NCBI GenBank assembly: GCA_963822405.1
Contig: CAWGHH010000002.1
Span: 107,703-171,702 of the forward strand
DNA length: 64,000 nucleotides
Direction: 5' to 3'
Source: Candidatus Uhrbacteria bacterium
Lineage (GTDB): Bacteria > Patescibacteriota > Patescibacteriia > UBA9934
Under the pieces are notes generated by a model, which was not told where the DNA came from, made no database searches, and saw only the letters and a program-made list of their open reading frames with translations. Below, one piece after another: positions 45,110-53,512 of this stretch; the stretch's first letter is position 1, and every line of letters begins with the position of its first letter. The position numbers and the translations under genes were made by a program.

Positions 45110-46939
45110 TTAATCTACCGTCACTGCCTTGGCTAAATTCCTCGGCTTATCAGGGTTTATTCCCTTCAGGACCGCCAGCTCATACGCCAGAAATTGCAAC
45201 GGCACCGCCGCGAGCAATCCCGTCAGTACTCCGTCTGGTGGAATCACGATCACATCATTTGGATCGGCGATGCCTCTTGCGAGTGATGGTTCATCGGTGA
45301 TGATAATGTTTCTTGCTCCGCGAGCCTTCACTTCTTCGGCCGCGGTTTTCATGAGTCCCGAGTGTCGATCGTTTAGAATAAGCAGGATGACCGGTGTCCC
45401 TTCGGCAATGAGTGCGAATGGGCCATGTTTGAGCGCGCCACCTGGATAGCCTTCCGCGTGTAAGTAGGTAATTTCTTTTATTTTCAAAGCTCCTTCGCGC
45501 GCGATTGGTTCGCCGGCACCTTTGCCAAGGACAAATAGATGTTCGGCACTTACAAGAGTCGACGCGATGCGTTGGCACTGTTCCCGAACGGAGAAGGTCA
45601 TTTGAATGTTCGTCGAGAGTCGTCTCAAGTCCTCGAGTAGCGTTCGGCGGCGGTTTACTTCCATGTCGCGTTTTTCCGCAAACCAAGTGGCGACTAGTTC
45701 AAGCGCGGTCACTTGCGTCACGAACGCTTTAGTCGAGGCTACCGCGTGCTCGCGGCCAGCGTTTAAGTACACGCCACACTTCGTCGACCGAGCAATCAAT
45801 GAACCGACGGCGTTGACGATAGAATATGACGGGATGCCAAGGTTCTCGGCCATCATGACGGCGCGGTGTACGTCTTTGGTTTCGCCAGATTGTGAAATAA
45901 CGAGCAAGCCAGCGCCATTCATGGGGAAGTGGTGCAGTGTAAGTTCGGACGCGTCGACGACTTGTACAGTCTGAAAAGACTTCATCGCCCGCATCGCGAG
46001 CGCACCATAGAGTCCAGCGTGATAACTCGTCCCGCACGCGGCAATGACTAGGTGACGGATCGATAGTAATTCTTCAGCTCGACTTTCTAGTCCGCCGAGT
46101 TTGACGCTGACATCGTCTTTTAGTCGAGCACCGTGGTTGAGTGTGCGCTTGATTGCTTCTGGTTGTTCTAGAATTTCTTTGATCGTCCAATGAGGGAATG
46201 GCGCTGGACTGGCGGCGATTATGTCGTCCGACGCTTTCTCGACGCGTGTGAGGTCGAGCCCGCTTCCGTCCGCTCGCACAAAAGCCATTTCACCATTTTG
46301 CAATGAGATGAAGTCGCGAGTTGCCATTCCGAAAGCGGCCGGTTCGGATGCAATAAACGCTTTGCCTGGGGCGAGTCCAATAACAATCGGACTTCCGTTG
46401 CGCGCGGTGATGATTGTGTCCGGCATGAGGGGGGAGAGAACGCCAATCCCCCAAGTACCTTCGAGTTTTTGCAACGTCGATTTCACCGCGTCGGCGAGTA
46501 CCAAACCGTCGTCGAGAAACTTACCAATAAGTTGAGCGATTACTTCAGTATCAGTTTCTGACCGGAAGGTGATTCCGGTTTGTTCGAGCGACGACCGTAG
46601 TTCTTGGTAGTTTTCGATCACGCCATTATGAACAACAGCCACGCGGTTTTTTGCGTCAATATGTGGGTGCGCGTTCGCGTCCGTTTTGCCCCCGTGCGTA
46701 GCCCAGCGGGTATGCCCGATTCCGAGCTTGTGGCCTACGTGGGCGGCACCGTGTTCTTTTAGCGTCGCGATTGCATCGGATGTGCCTCGACTAGCAAATT
46801 TTGTAGTAGTTAACGTTTTGTCTGGTCCAATAGTGGCAATACCCGCTGAATCGTATCCTCGATTTTCCAAAATACTTAGCCCGTCAATTAAATAATTGAC
46901 ACTGTCCTCATTGCCAACGAAGCCAATAATGCCACACAT
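45110..46939 (-). CDS. glmS: Glutamine--fructose-6-phosphate aminotransferase (isomerising)
   Basis: MCGIIGFVGNED (N-terminal Cys nucleophile), two SIS domains, and C-terminus ...NLAKAVTVD. Confidence 0.93.
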   Translation of the reverse strand: MCGIIGFVGNEDSVNYLIDGLSILENRGYDSAGIATIGPDKTLTTTKFASRGTSDAIATLKEHGAAHVGHKLGIGHTRWATHGGKTDANAHPHIDAKNRVAVVHNGVIENYQELRSSLEQTGITFRSETDTEVIAQLIGKFLDDGLVLADAVKSTLQKLEGTWGIGVLSPLMPDTIITARNGSPIVIGLAPGKAFIASEPAAFGMATRDFISLQNGEMAFVRADGSGLDLTRVEKASDDIIAASPAPFPHWTIKEILEQPEAIKRTLNHGARLKDDVSVKLGGLESRAEELLSIRHLVIAACGTSYHAGLYGALAMRAMKSFQTVQVVDASELTLHHFPMNGAGLLVISQSGETKDVHRAVMMAENLGIPSYSIVNAVGSLIARSTKCGVYLNAGREHAVASTKAFVTQVTALELVATWFAEKRDMEVNRRRTLLEDLRRLSTNIQMTFSVREQCQRIASTLVSAEHLFVLGKGAGEPIAREGALKIKEITYLHAEGYPGGALKHGPFALIAEGTPVILLILNDRHSGLMKTAAEEVKARGARNIIITDEPSLARGIADPNDVIVIPPDGVLTGLLAAVPLQFLAYELAVLKGINPDKPRNLAKAVTVD

Positions 46940-47378
46940 AGGCGATTGTTCTAAATAGTGACAGGAGTAATATTGTCACGTCAGGTCTAGACTGGGCAAG
47001 TTCTACGTGTTAATATCTTGTCGTAGTTAACGTCTGTGTTCCGAGCTCGTCTCCTGGTTCTTGCGTCTCCTCCATAGATTGCCGGCCCGGAACAGCCGGT
47101 TGCAATCTCCAATAGAGGTTGAGCTCGGAACACCCCCTCTGCTCCGGTGATAGCGCGCGACGTAATTTTGGCTTGACGGTCTCCTCGCACCTCCCCCTGT
47201 AGGACGATCTGTCGGCCATTCACGCGTACGGCGCTATCTCCGGAGCTCCTCTTCGCCACCCTTTGCGCCAAGCGCACTGGGTGGCGATTTCTTTAATTCA
47301 ATACAAAAAGCGCACTAACGGGCTACGCTCTCTGCAACGATTAAACGTTGAGGGCACGCAGCCGCGCTAGTGCGCAAG

Positions 47379-48314
47379 CTAATGACTAAGGTTGGACACG
47401 TCTCCCGTTAGGTTGTTGATGTCGCCTTCAAGGTGGCTGACGTCGCCCTTAATGTTCGTGACGTCGCCATTGATGTAGGTGACCGTACCCCTGATGTTCG
47501 TTGTATCTCCGTAGAGGTACATCACGTAACCAGAGATGTTCGTCACGTTGCCACGCAGGTTTCCAATGCTACCGCCGAGGTCGCCCACGTCGCCAGAGAT
47601 GTTCGTGACTTTTCCCTTGATGTTCGTGACGTCGCCAGAGATGTTTGTTGCGTCACCGTGAATGTTCGTCGCATCGCCAGAGATGTTCGTCACGTTGCCA
47701 CGCAGGTATTCAACGTTACCTTTGAGATCGCTGACGTTGCCCCTGATGTTCGTCACGTTGCCGTTGATGTTGCTGACGTCACCAGAGACCTGTGTCACGT
47801 GTCCGAAGATAACGCCTGCAAAGCCCGAGATGTTGGTTACGTTGCCTCCCAGGTTCCCAACGTCGCCACTGAGGCCGCTGACGTTGCCCCTGATATTCGT
47901 CGTGTCGCCGGTGATGTTGGTGACGTCGCCGGTGATTTTCGTCGCATCACCGTAGATGTTCGTCGTATCGCCGGTGATATTCGTCACGTTGCCCCGCAGG
48001 TGTTCAACGTTGCCTTTGAGACCGCTTACGTCGCCCGTGATGTTCTTGACGGTGCCGTAGATGTTAGTGACGTCACCCGAGAGTTGTGACACATCTCCGT
48101 AAATACTGCCTGCGTTTCCGCAGACATGGGACATGTCACCGCGGATGTTGGGTGTGACCCCGCGGAGGGTACACGCCTTAGTGGACGTAGCCGGCGCGGA
48201 CGGGGCGGCAACCGTGGCCTCGGGCATGTTGCTCGTGGGCGCAGAGGTCGCCTTAGGCGTCTCGCCCCCACAGGCAACAAGCGAAAGGAGAAACAGCAAG
48301 CTGAAGGAACGCAT
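47379..48314 (-). CDS. Lipoprotein built from 37 uninterrupted heptapeptide repeats ([DN]-V-[ST]-N-[IL]-x-G)
   Basis: Start placed at MRSFSLLFLLSLVACGG (ATG at 48314; strong SD ggggagg 7 nt upstream; lipobox LVAC). A Pro/Ala/Thr linker follows. From ~residue 52 to the C-terminus every 7th residue is Gly (TPNIRG DMSHVCG ... DVTNITG DTTNIYG DATKITG ... DVSNLSH). The repeats are also visible at DNA level. Confidence 0.65.
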   Translation of the reverse strand: MRSFSLLFLLSLVACGGETPKATSAPTSNMPEATVAAPSAPATSTKACTLRGVTPNIRGDMSHVCGNAGSIYGDVSQLSGDVTNIYGTVKNITGDVSGLKGNVEHLRGNVTNITGDTTNIYGDATKITGDVTNITGDTTNIRGNVSGLSGDVGNLGGNVTNISGFAGVIFGHVTQVSGDVSNINGNVTNIRGNVSDLKGNVEYLRGNVTNISGDATNIHGDATNISGDVTNIKGKVTNISGDVGDLGGSIGNLRGNVTNISGYVMYLYGDTTNIRGTVTYINGDVTNIKGDVSHLEGDINNLTGDVSNLSH

Positions 48315-48455
48315 GAAACCTCCCCAATAGGGTGAACGAATGGCACCAAAAGTGGCGCCGTTCGACCAACTAAAATAACAGAAAATTAGCACTCCGTCAA
48401 CGTAAGACGCCTGCGGTGTATTATAGATATGGATATTTTGTTAAATCATTAATAC

Positions 48456-48487
48456 AAAAAGCCACTTCATGGCTGAAGTGGCTTTTT
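48456..48487. terminator. Bidirectional rho-independent terminator hairpin
   Basis: aaaaa-gccacttca-tggc-tgaagtggc-ttttt. Perfect 9-bp stem with symmetric A/T flanks, directly abutting the 3' end of the minus-strand tRNA. Confidence 0.55.
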
Positions 48488-48561
48488 GGTGATCTCACCG
48501 GGAATCGAACCCGGATCTGCACCGTGAGAGGGTGCCGTCCTAACCGTTAGACGATGAGACC
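48487..48561 (-). tRNA. tRNA-Glu (anticodon CUC), CCA encoded
   Basis: Reverse complement is GGTCTCA TC GTCTAACGGTTAGGAC G GCACC CTCTCAC GGTGC AGAT CCGGG TTCGATT CCCGG TGAGATC A CCA. 7-bp acceptor stem (one G-U), D arm, anticodon loop cuCUCac with U33/A37, T-arm GGTTCGATTCC. Confidence 0.8.
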
Positions 48562-48668
48562 AAATTAATGTCTGTAAAATGCGGGAAAAGTGTAGCAGAC
48601 AAGACCTTCGTAGTCAAAAAGGCTGATAGTATCTCAATCATGGTAAAATTTGGCCTCGAACATAGCAC

Positions 48669-49574
48669 ATGACCATTTTGCAATACAGAAGTGATTGGAG
48701 GGCTTGTCGGAAATTTTTGCGGGTGCATAGTAAACAGTACGCATTTATTACGTATTTTTTTCCGTCAAAAACTCGAAAAGCAGTAGAGATTCTTTATGCG
48801 TTTATTACTTTGCCGGAAGGTATAGTTGATAACCCAATTCTAGAGAAGACAGATGACGTTAAGAAGCATCTTGAACATTGCAAAGAGGTTTGGCGTCAGG
48901 CTTATGACGGTGTGGCTAGATGGTCAGAAAAAGTTGATGTTCCTAGTCATTGGATTCCGGTTTTGAGAGCCTCGGCCAAAGTATTTCATGAGTACGGCAT
49001 TCCCTATAAATATAGTGAAGAATATTTCAACGCTGCTATTCAAGATACAGAAAAATCAGAATATCAGACGTACAGCGAGCTTGAAAAACGGATGTACGGC
49101 GCTTCATCGGTAGTCTGTTTGATGATGGCGTACGCTATTGGTTTTACGGACAAGCGAGCACTGTTATTTGCGGAAGAGTTCGGTTATGCGTTAGAGCTTA
49201 CAAATGTTTTGCGGAACATCAAGAAAGATTTAGAAGAACGGGGAGGCATGTATCTGCCAAAGGCTGAACGAGATTCTTTTGGGATTACTAAAGAGAGTCT
49301 TCTCGCTCATACGGTAGATGAAACATTTACCAGATTCATGGGTTTCCAAATGAGCAGAGCGCGGGCGTTGTATGTGAGTGCAGATGAGGGGATAGACTTG
49401 CTCCGCGAAGAAGGGAGATTTCCGGTGCGTCTATTCGCAACTTTTTGTGAATCAGTTCTGGACGAGATCGAATCAAATAAAAGCGACGTGTTCACAAAAG
49501 ATCCGCGCACTTCTTTTTCAAAGAATATTTCGCTGGCGTATAGCGTGTGGCGAGCGGAGAAGACTAGGCGATAA
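48669..49574 (+). CDS. Squalene/phytoene synthase-family protein (head-to-head isoprenoid synthase fold) with degenerate Asp-rich motifs
   Basis: AVEILYAFITLPEGIVDN aligns to the first conserved region ALYAFCRxADDIVD. NVLRNIKKDLEERGGMYLP aligns to NILRDVGEDxxxGRxYLP. The catalytic DxxxD/DxxED acids are partly replaced (EGIVDN; RNIKKDLEE). Confidence 0.55.
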   Translation: MTILQYRSDWRACRKFLRVHSKQYAFITYFFPSKTRKAVEILYAFITLPEGIVDNPILEKTDDVKKHLEHCKEVWRQAYDGVARWSEKVDVPSHWIPVLRASAKVFHEYGIPYKYSEEYFNAAIQDTEKSEYQTYSELEKRMYGASSVVCLMMAYAIGFTDKRALLFAEEFGYALELTNVLRNIKKDLEERGGMYLPKAERDSFGITKESLLAHTVDETFTRFMGFQMSRARALYVSADEGIDLLREEGRFPVRLFATFCESVLDEIESNKSDVFTKDPRTSFSKNISLAYSVWRAEKTRR

Positions 49575-49606
49575 ATAACGGCTCAGTCTGCTATCATTGT
49601 AAGTAT

Positions 49607-50185
49607 ATGACGACTCTACAGAAAAATACCTTACTATTTCTAGGTTTATTAGGTTTCGCTCTAGTTATTGACGTAATTGCGGTGAAGACAGGTTTTCCTT
49701 ACGGGTACTTTTGGTATGGGGAAGGCTTTGGACCGGCTATTTTCCAGGTGCCAGTCGCTTTTATCTTTGGTTTCCCGGTTTTGTATCTTGGAGCAAGTGC
49801 GGTGGCTAACCGCGCAGGTGTCTCGCCGGGCATTCCGTTTATGCTAACTGTAGCTTGTATAACGTTGGCCGTGGCGTTGATAGTCGAGCCGTGCGCCGTA
49901 GCCCAAGGTCTTTGGTCTTATAGAAATGGGGGAGAATATTTAGGCGTGCCAATTGGAAACCTCGCTGGTTGGTTGTTCGTTGGCTCGCTCGCCGCCTCTT
50001 TGTTTCCGAATAAATGGAGAAGTGAAAAAGCTGTGGCGATGTTGTTACTCGTGGTTATCGGCTCGACACTTCTCGCGATTCTGCATGGCTTAATTATTCC
50101 CGCAATCATCGGCCTACTTTTCGCTTTAGTAGTTTCTTGGTTCGATCTACGAAAGCATGGTTGGCAATCTGGTAATCAAGTATGA
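49607..50185 (+). CDS. Hypothetical polytopic membrane protein adjacent to the isoprenoid synthase homolog (possibly carotenoid/isoprenoid-associated)
   Basis: 192 aa with 5-6 TM helices and motif FPYGYFWYGEGFGP. The link to carotenoid-associated membrane families rests on gene context only. Confidence 0.35.
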   Translation: MTTLQKNTLLFLGLLGFALVIDVIAVKTGFPYGYFWYGEGFGPAIFQVPVAFIFGFPVLYLGASAVANRAGVSPGIPFMLTVACITLAVALIVEPCAVAQGLWSYRNGGEYLGVPIGNLAGWLFVGSLAASLFPNKWRSEKAVAMLLLVVIGSTLLAILHGLIIPAIIGLLFALVVSWFDLRKHGWQSGNQV

Positions 50186-50760
50186 GCAAGGCGCAGCAGA
50201 AAAAAATAATTAGTGCAGTTGTTGGTTTTGTAATTTTATTATTGGGCGCGTGGCAAGTTTCATTAAACCAAAGTTCGAGTTCTACGTCTTCGACTGACGC
50301 CCAACAAGAGCAAGCCTCGGCGAACATTCCAGAGGGTTACGCGCCTTTTTCTCGGGTAGTTGACGGTGACACGATCGAGGTCGCTTTCAGCTCGACAGAT
50401 AAATATAAAGTTAGAATGATTGGCATTAATTCGCCGGAAAGCGTTGATCCGCGTAAGCCAGTTGAGTGTTTCGGCAAAGAGGCGAGTGAGCACCTAAAAC
50501 AACTGCTGAACGTGAAATATATTCGTTTATCCACTGATCCGTCACAGATGGGTGAGGATAAATACGGCCGGTGGTTGCGTTACGTGTATCTAGAAGATGG
50601 CACAGACGTGAATTTGCAGATGATTAAAGATGGCTACGCGTACGAGTACACATATGACTCGGCATATACTCATCAAGCAGCGTATCGCGCGGCTGAAAAA
50701 GTTGCGCAAGAAAATAAAATTGGTTTGTGGTCACCTGAGACATGTAACGGAAAACCATAA
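50182..50760 (+). CDS. Thermonuclease (staphylococcal nuclease-like, SNase)
   Basis: N-terminal TM/signal segment, then VVDGDTIEV...KVRMIGINSPES...CFGKEASEHLKQLL...RYVYLEDGTDVNLQMIKDGYAYEY, which are SNase-fold motifs. Confidence 0.75.
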   Translation: MSKAQQKKIISAVVGFVILLLGAWQVSLNQSSSSTSSTDAQQEQASANIPEGYAPFSRVVDGDTIEVAFSSTDKYKVRMIGINSPESVDPRKPVECFGKEASEHLKQLLNVKYIRLSTDPSQMGEDKYGRWLRYVYLEDGTDVNLQMIKDGYAYEYTYDSAYTHQAAYRAAEKVAQENKIGLWSPETCNGKP

Positions 50761-50863
50761 GGGACGAAGAAAGTTTTTGGAGTCCCGATAAAATTTACGT
50801 CCGTCAAGATGTGTGTGCACATGTGCATGAACCATCTTGTGACTCTTCGCGCACGCAACTATC

Positions 50864-51364
50864 ATGCGAAGAGATATGCGCATCTCATCTCCCGAATTTA
50901 AAAACGGTGATCGGATTCCTCCTCAATTTACTTGTGACGGTGACGACGTAAATCCAGAACTAAGGATTGACGCCGTTCCCGCCGCGGCTAAAAGTTTGGT
51001 GCTCATCGTTGATGACCCGGACTCGCCAAGCGGTAATTGGTTGCATTGGTCAGTTTGGAATATTTCTCCAGACACGCGCGTGATAAAAGAAGACTCAGTG
51101 CCGGCTGGCGCTCGTGAAGGGGAGACTGATTTCTCAGAAGTCGGTTACGGCGGACCATGCCCAAGCTACGGCGAACATGTTTATCGTTTTGGTGTTTACG
51201 CTCTTGATAAAGAGCTAGACGTTTTACCTGAATCTACACGTCCGGTGCTTGAAAAAGCCTTTGAAGGACATATTTTGAGCTCGGCTTTTCTAACCGGTCG
51301 TTATCAGCGCATTAAGAAAGAAGCTCGCGTTAGCAAGACAGCTAAGGCAACTGTCAGAGCCTAG
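50864..51364 (+). CDS. YbhB/YbcL-family Raf-kinase-inhibitor-like (PEBP) protein
   Basis: SSPEFKNGDRIPPQFTCDGDDVNP...DDPDSPSG..WLHW...GYGGPCP...HVYRFGVYALD is the bacterial PEBP signature. Confidence 0.8.
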   Translation: MRRDMRISSPEFKNGDRIPPQFTCDGDDVNPELRIDAVPAAAKSLVLIVDDPDSPSGNWLHWSVWNISPDTRVIKEDSVPAGAREGETDFSEVGYGGPCPSYGEHVYRFGVYALDKELDVLPESTRPVLEKAFEGHILSSAFLTGRYQRIKKEARVSKTAKATVRA

Positions 51365-51368
51365 TAAT

Positions 51369-51584
51369 ATGGAATCAGAACCTTTCACTCCCGAGGAACA
51401 GACGCGTATTAATGAAATTGCGTCGAGGATTAAGACTGATCCGAACAGTGTCACCTGGAATAAACCCGAGCCAGGAGAATGGACGGGAAGAACAATGATT
51501 GAGGATCGAGGAACGATTGATGTCGTTGCTGAAGGAGCGGGAATACCAGAGCATCTCAAGAGAAAACCCGAAGAGAAAAAATAA
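51369..51584 (+). CDS. Small hypothetical protein
   Basis: 71-aa ORF tightly packed between neighbours. No motif recognised. Confidence 0.25.
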   Translation: MESEPFTPEEQTRINEIASRIKTDPNSVTWNKPEPGEWTGRTMIEDRGTIDVVAEGAGIPEHLKRKPEEKK

Positions 51585-51586
51585 TT

Positions 51587-52330
51587 ATGGAAACTTCGTT
51601 CAAGAGTCCGATCGTCATCGCCTCGGCAGTTGTTGGATTGTCGATACTTTTATCAGTTTCACTCGGCGCGGTTACATTTGCGAAGTCAAAGACACTCGGT
51701 AACACAATGACGGTGACGGGCAGCTCGGATAAAGTAGTTGATTCTGACACGGTGAAGTGGAGTGTGTATTTGTCGCGTGGCGGTTCGGCTAGTCAAAGAG
51801 CCATAGTCGGTAAGGGTTTGAATGATGACCGACAAGCATTCATGAAATTGTTGAGCGGTATTGGCATTGATGCTTCAAGCGTCAGCATTCAGCCACTAAG
51901 CATAAATCCGGATTATCAGTACAACAATCAAACCGGTGAAAATATCCTGACTGGTTATACGGCTGCGCAGAATCTTGTCATTGAGTCGTCGAAGGTGGAT
52001 GAGATAGGGACGCTCGCTCAATCAGCTTCAGGCACACTCGCCGAACAGGGCGTGAATATGTCGACTAACTCGCTTGAGTACTATTACAACAAGCTCGCTG
52101 ATGTGAAGCTCGAGTTATTGACGGCGGCTACACAGAATGCACGAGATCGCGCTCAAGCTATTATTAAGGGCGGTGGTGGCAATCTCGGTGCAGTCCGGAG
52201 CGCCGATACTGGCGTGTTCCAGGTCACCGGCGTCAATTCGGCCGACTTGTCAGATTACGGCACTTACGACACTTCGTCACCAAAGAAAAAAGTAACGGCA
52301 GTCGTTCATATTTCGTTCGGCTTGAAGTAA
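51587..52330 (+). CDS. SIMPL/DUF541-domain secreted protein
   Basis: N-terminal TM/signal segment. C-terminal region LELLTAATQNARDRAQAIIKGGGGNLGAVRSADTG...VTAVVHISF resembles SIMPL-domain proteins. Confidence 0.6.
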   Translation: METSFKSPIVIASAVVGLSILLSVSLGAVTFAKSKTLGNTMTVTGSSDKVVDSDTVKWSVYLSRGGSASQRAIVGKGLNDDRQAFMKLLSGIGIDASSVSIQPLSINPDYQYNNQTGENILTGYTAAQNLVIESSKVDEIGTLAQSASGTLAEQGVNMSTNSLEYYYNKLADVKLELLTAATQNARDRAQAIIKGGGGNLGAVRSADTGVFQVTGVNSADLSDYGTYDTSSPKKKVTAVVHISFGLK

Positions 52331-52337
52331 TGAGCGT

Positions 52338-52904
52338 ATGCAGGCAAATTCGCCAGCAACAAAACTAATTGTCGGGCTGGTAATTTTGGCGAGCGTCGTC
52401 GTAGGAATCGTTTTGATACAAAAGAATAATCACAAACCGGCTGAGCAGGCGGTCGAGTCGACAAGCCAAACTCCTGATCGCTTTCACTCGGCTTTTGATC
52501 TGTTGGCCGAGGCTGCTTTGAAAAACAAAACCAGCGTTGATGTCGTGATCTCGCCCGACAGTTCTAGGGGCGTACTACATCAAATAACTGATACTGGTGT
52601 TGAACTCGGGCTTCTTGATTATGTTGGTGGTAGAGTAACCTCAACCATGACCATTCCAAATAAAACAGTCGGACAGATGGTGACAACATTCGTGCCATTT
52701 TCTTGGGCGCTCGATAATCGGGTTATTGTGTTCAAGGAAGTAATCGTTAGTTGTGGCGACGCATGTGATAACTTCGTGCAACGATATTACGCGCTAGATG
52801 TTAAGACACTTGAACGCGTGTCTGGTAACCATTCGCTAGATTTGGTGCTGATCAAGAATCCATTAGATAATAACGAGCTCCGCCTTAAGTTTCCACAACC
52901 ATAA
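52338..52904 (+). CDS. Hypothetical membrane-anchored/secreted protein
   Basis: 188 aa with an N-terminal hydrophobic anchor (LIVGLVILASVVVGIVLI). No motif recognised. Confidence 0.4.
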   Translation: MQANSPATKLIVGLVILASVVVGIVLIQKNNHKPAEQAVESTSQTPDRFHSAFDLLAEAALKNKTSVDVVISPDSSRGVLHQITDTGVELGLLDYVGGRVTSTMTIPNKTVGQMVTTFVPFSWALDNRVIVFKEVIVSCGDACDNFVQRYYALDVKTLERVSGNHSLDLVLIKNPLDNNELRLKFPQP

Positions 52905-52972
52905 ACAGTCGTAATCGTTGGATGCGGAATCGTCGTTGACTGTCGTGTGATTATCTTTTACGATTAAACTAT

Positions 52973-53227
52973 ATGAAGAAGACTCGGGTAAATCATAGAA
53001 ATTCGTCGTACTCGGCAGTTTTTGAGGAAGACGCCGAACGTGGGGGATTCACGGTAACAATTCCTGCTTTGCCTGGGTGTATCTCCGAAGGGGATACGTT
53101 CGAAGACGCGCAAGCGAATATCAAGGAAGCCGCCGAGTTATATCTAGAAGTAGCAACTAATACACGTCGTTCACGGGCGTGGAGAGATGCTCGAGTGATT
53201 GTAGCTCCAGTTAGTGTGGCAGCATAA
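52973..53227 (+). CDS. hicB: HicB-family antitoxin (UPF0150)
   Basis: YSAVFEEDAERGGFTVTIPALPGCISEGDTFEDAQANIKEAAELYLE is the HicB N-terminal RNase-H-like fold signature. Two nt separate it from hicA. Confidence 0.7.
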   Translation: MKKTRVNHRNSSYSAVFEEDAERGGFTVTIPALPGCISEGDTFEDAQANIKEAAELYLEVATNTRRSRAWRDARVIVAPVSVAA

Positions 53228-53229
53228 TT

Positions 53230-53448
53230 GTGACCAGACTTCCGTCGCTAACTTCGGCTGACGTCGTGCATGCGCTCGAGAAGTTGGGTTTTAGATTTAT
53301 TCGCCAACGGGGGAGTCACCGAATATACGTTAAGAGCAAGATAGCGATAACGGTTCCTATGCATTCCGGAGATCTGCGAAGAGGTACGTTGTATCATATA
53401 ATCAAACAAACAGGGTTGAGTATTGAAGAATTTTTGCTCCACGCATAA
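53230..53448 (+). CDS. hicA: HicA-family mRNA interferase toxin
   Basis: ADVVHALEKLGFRFIRQRGSHRIYVK....GDLRRGTLYHIIKQTGLSIEEF is the HicA/YcfA dsRBD-like signature with the catalytic GSH. Confidence 0.75.
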   Translation: MTRLPSLTSADVVHALEKLGFRFIRQRGSHRIYVKSKIAITVPMHSGDLRRGTLYHIIKQTGLSIEEFLLHA

Positions 53449-53512
53449 CGGTTGATTTATTCGTGAACAGGTTCGGTTGCGGGGGCGGGGGACTATAGTC
53501 TAGGATGAGGCC

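Noticed and set aside
44658-45160. Possible RNase P RNA (ggaggaagtcc at ~44869 and ctcggcttatcagg at ~45141 resemble the P4 strands)
   Set aside because: The two motifs are not mutually complementary as P4 requires. Other universal elements (AGGGCAGG, GGUAA region) are absent. Kept only as an unclassified ncRNA candidate.
44920-45300. 126-aa + strand ORF downstream of the orphan promoter
   Set aside because: It is an Arg/Pro-rich nonsense translation with no start context. Two thirds of it is antisense to the highly conserved glmS 3' end.
46940-47378. glmS ribozyme upstream of glmS
   Set aside because: The reverse complement lacks the conserved ribozyme core motifs. The element is also mainly a Firmicutes feature.
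47433-48349. Several + strand ORFs (218, 97, 69, 65 aa) and a 107-aa minus-frame ORF inside the heptad-repeat gene
   Set aside because: They are by-products of the DNA-level repeat. The minus-strand lipoprotein has a lipobox signal, a strong SD and perfect 7-residue periodicity, and the others do not.
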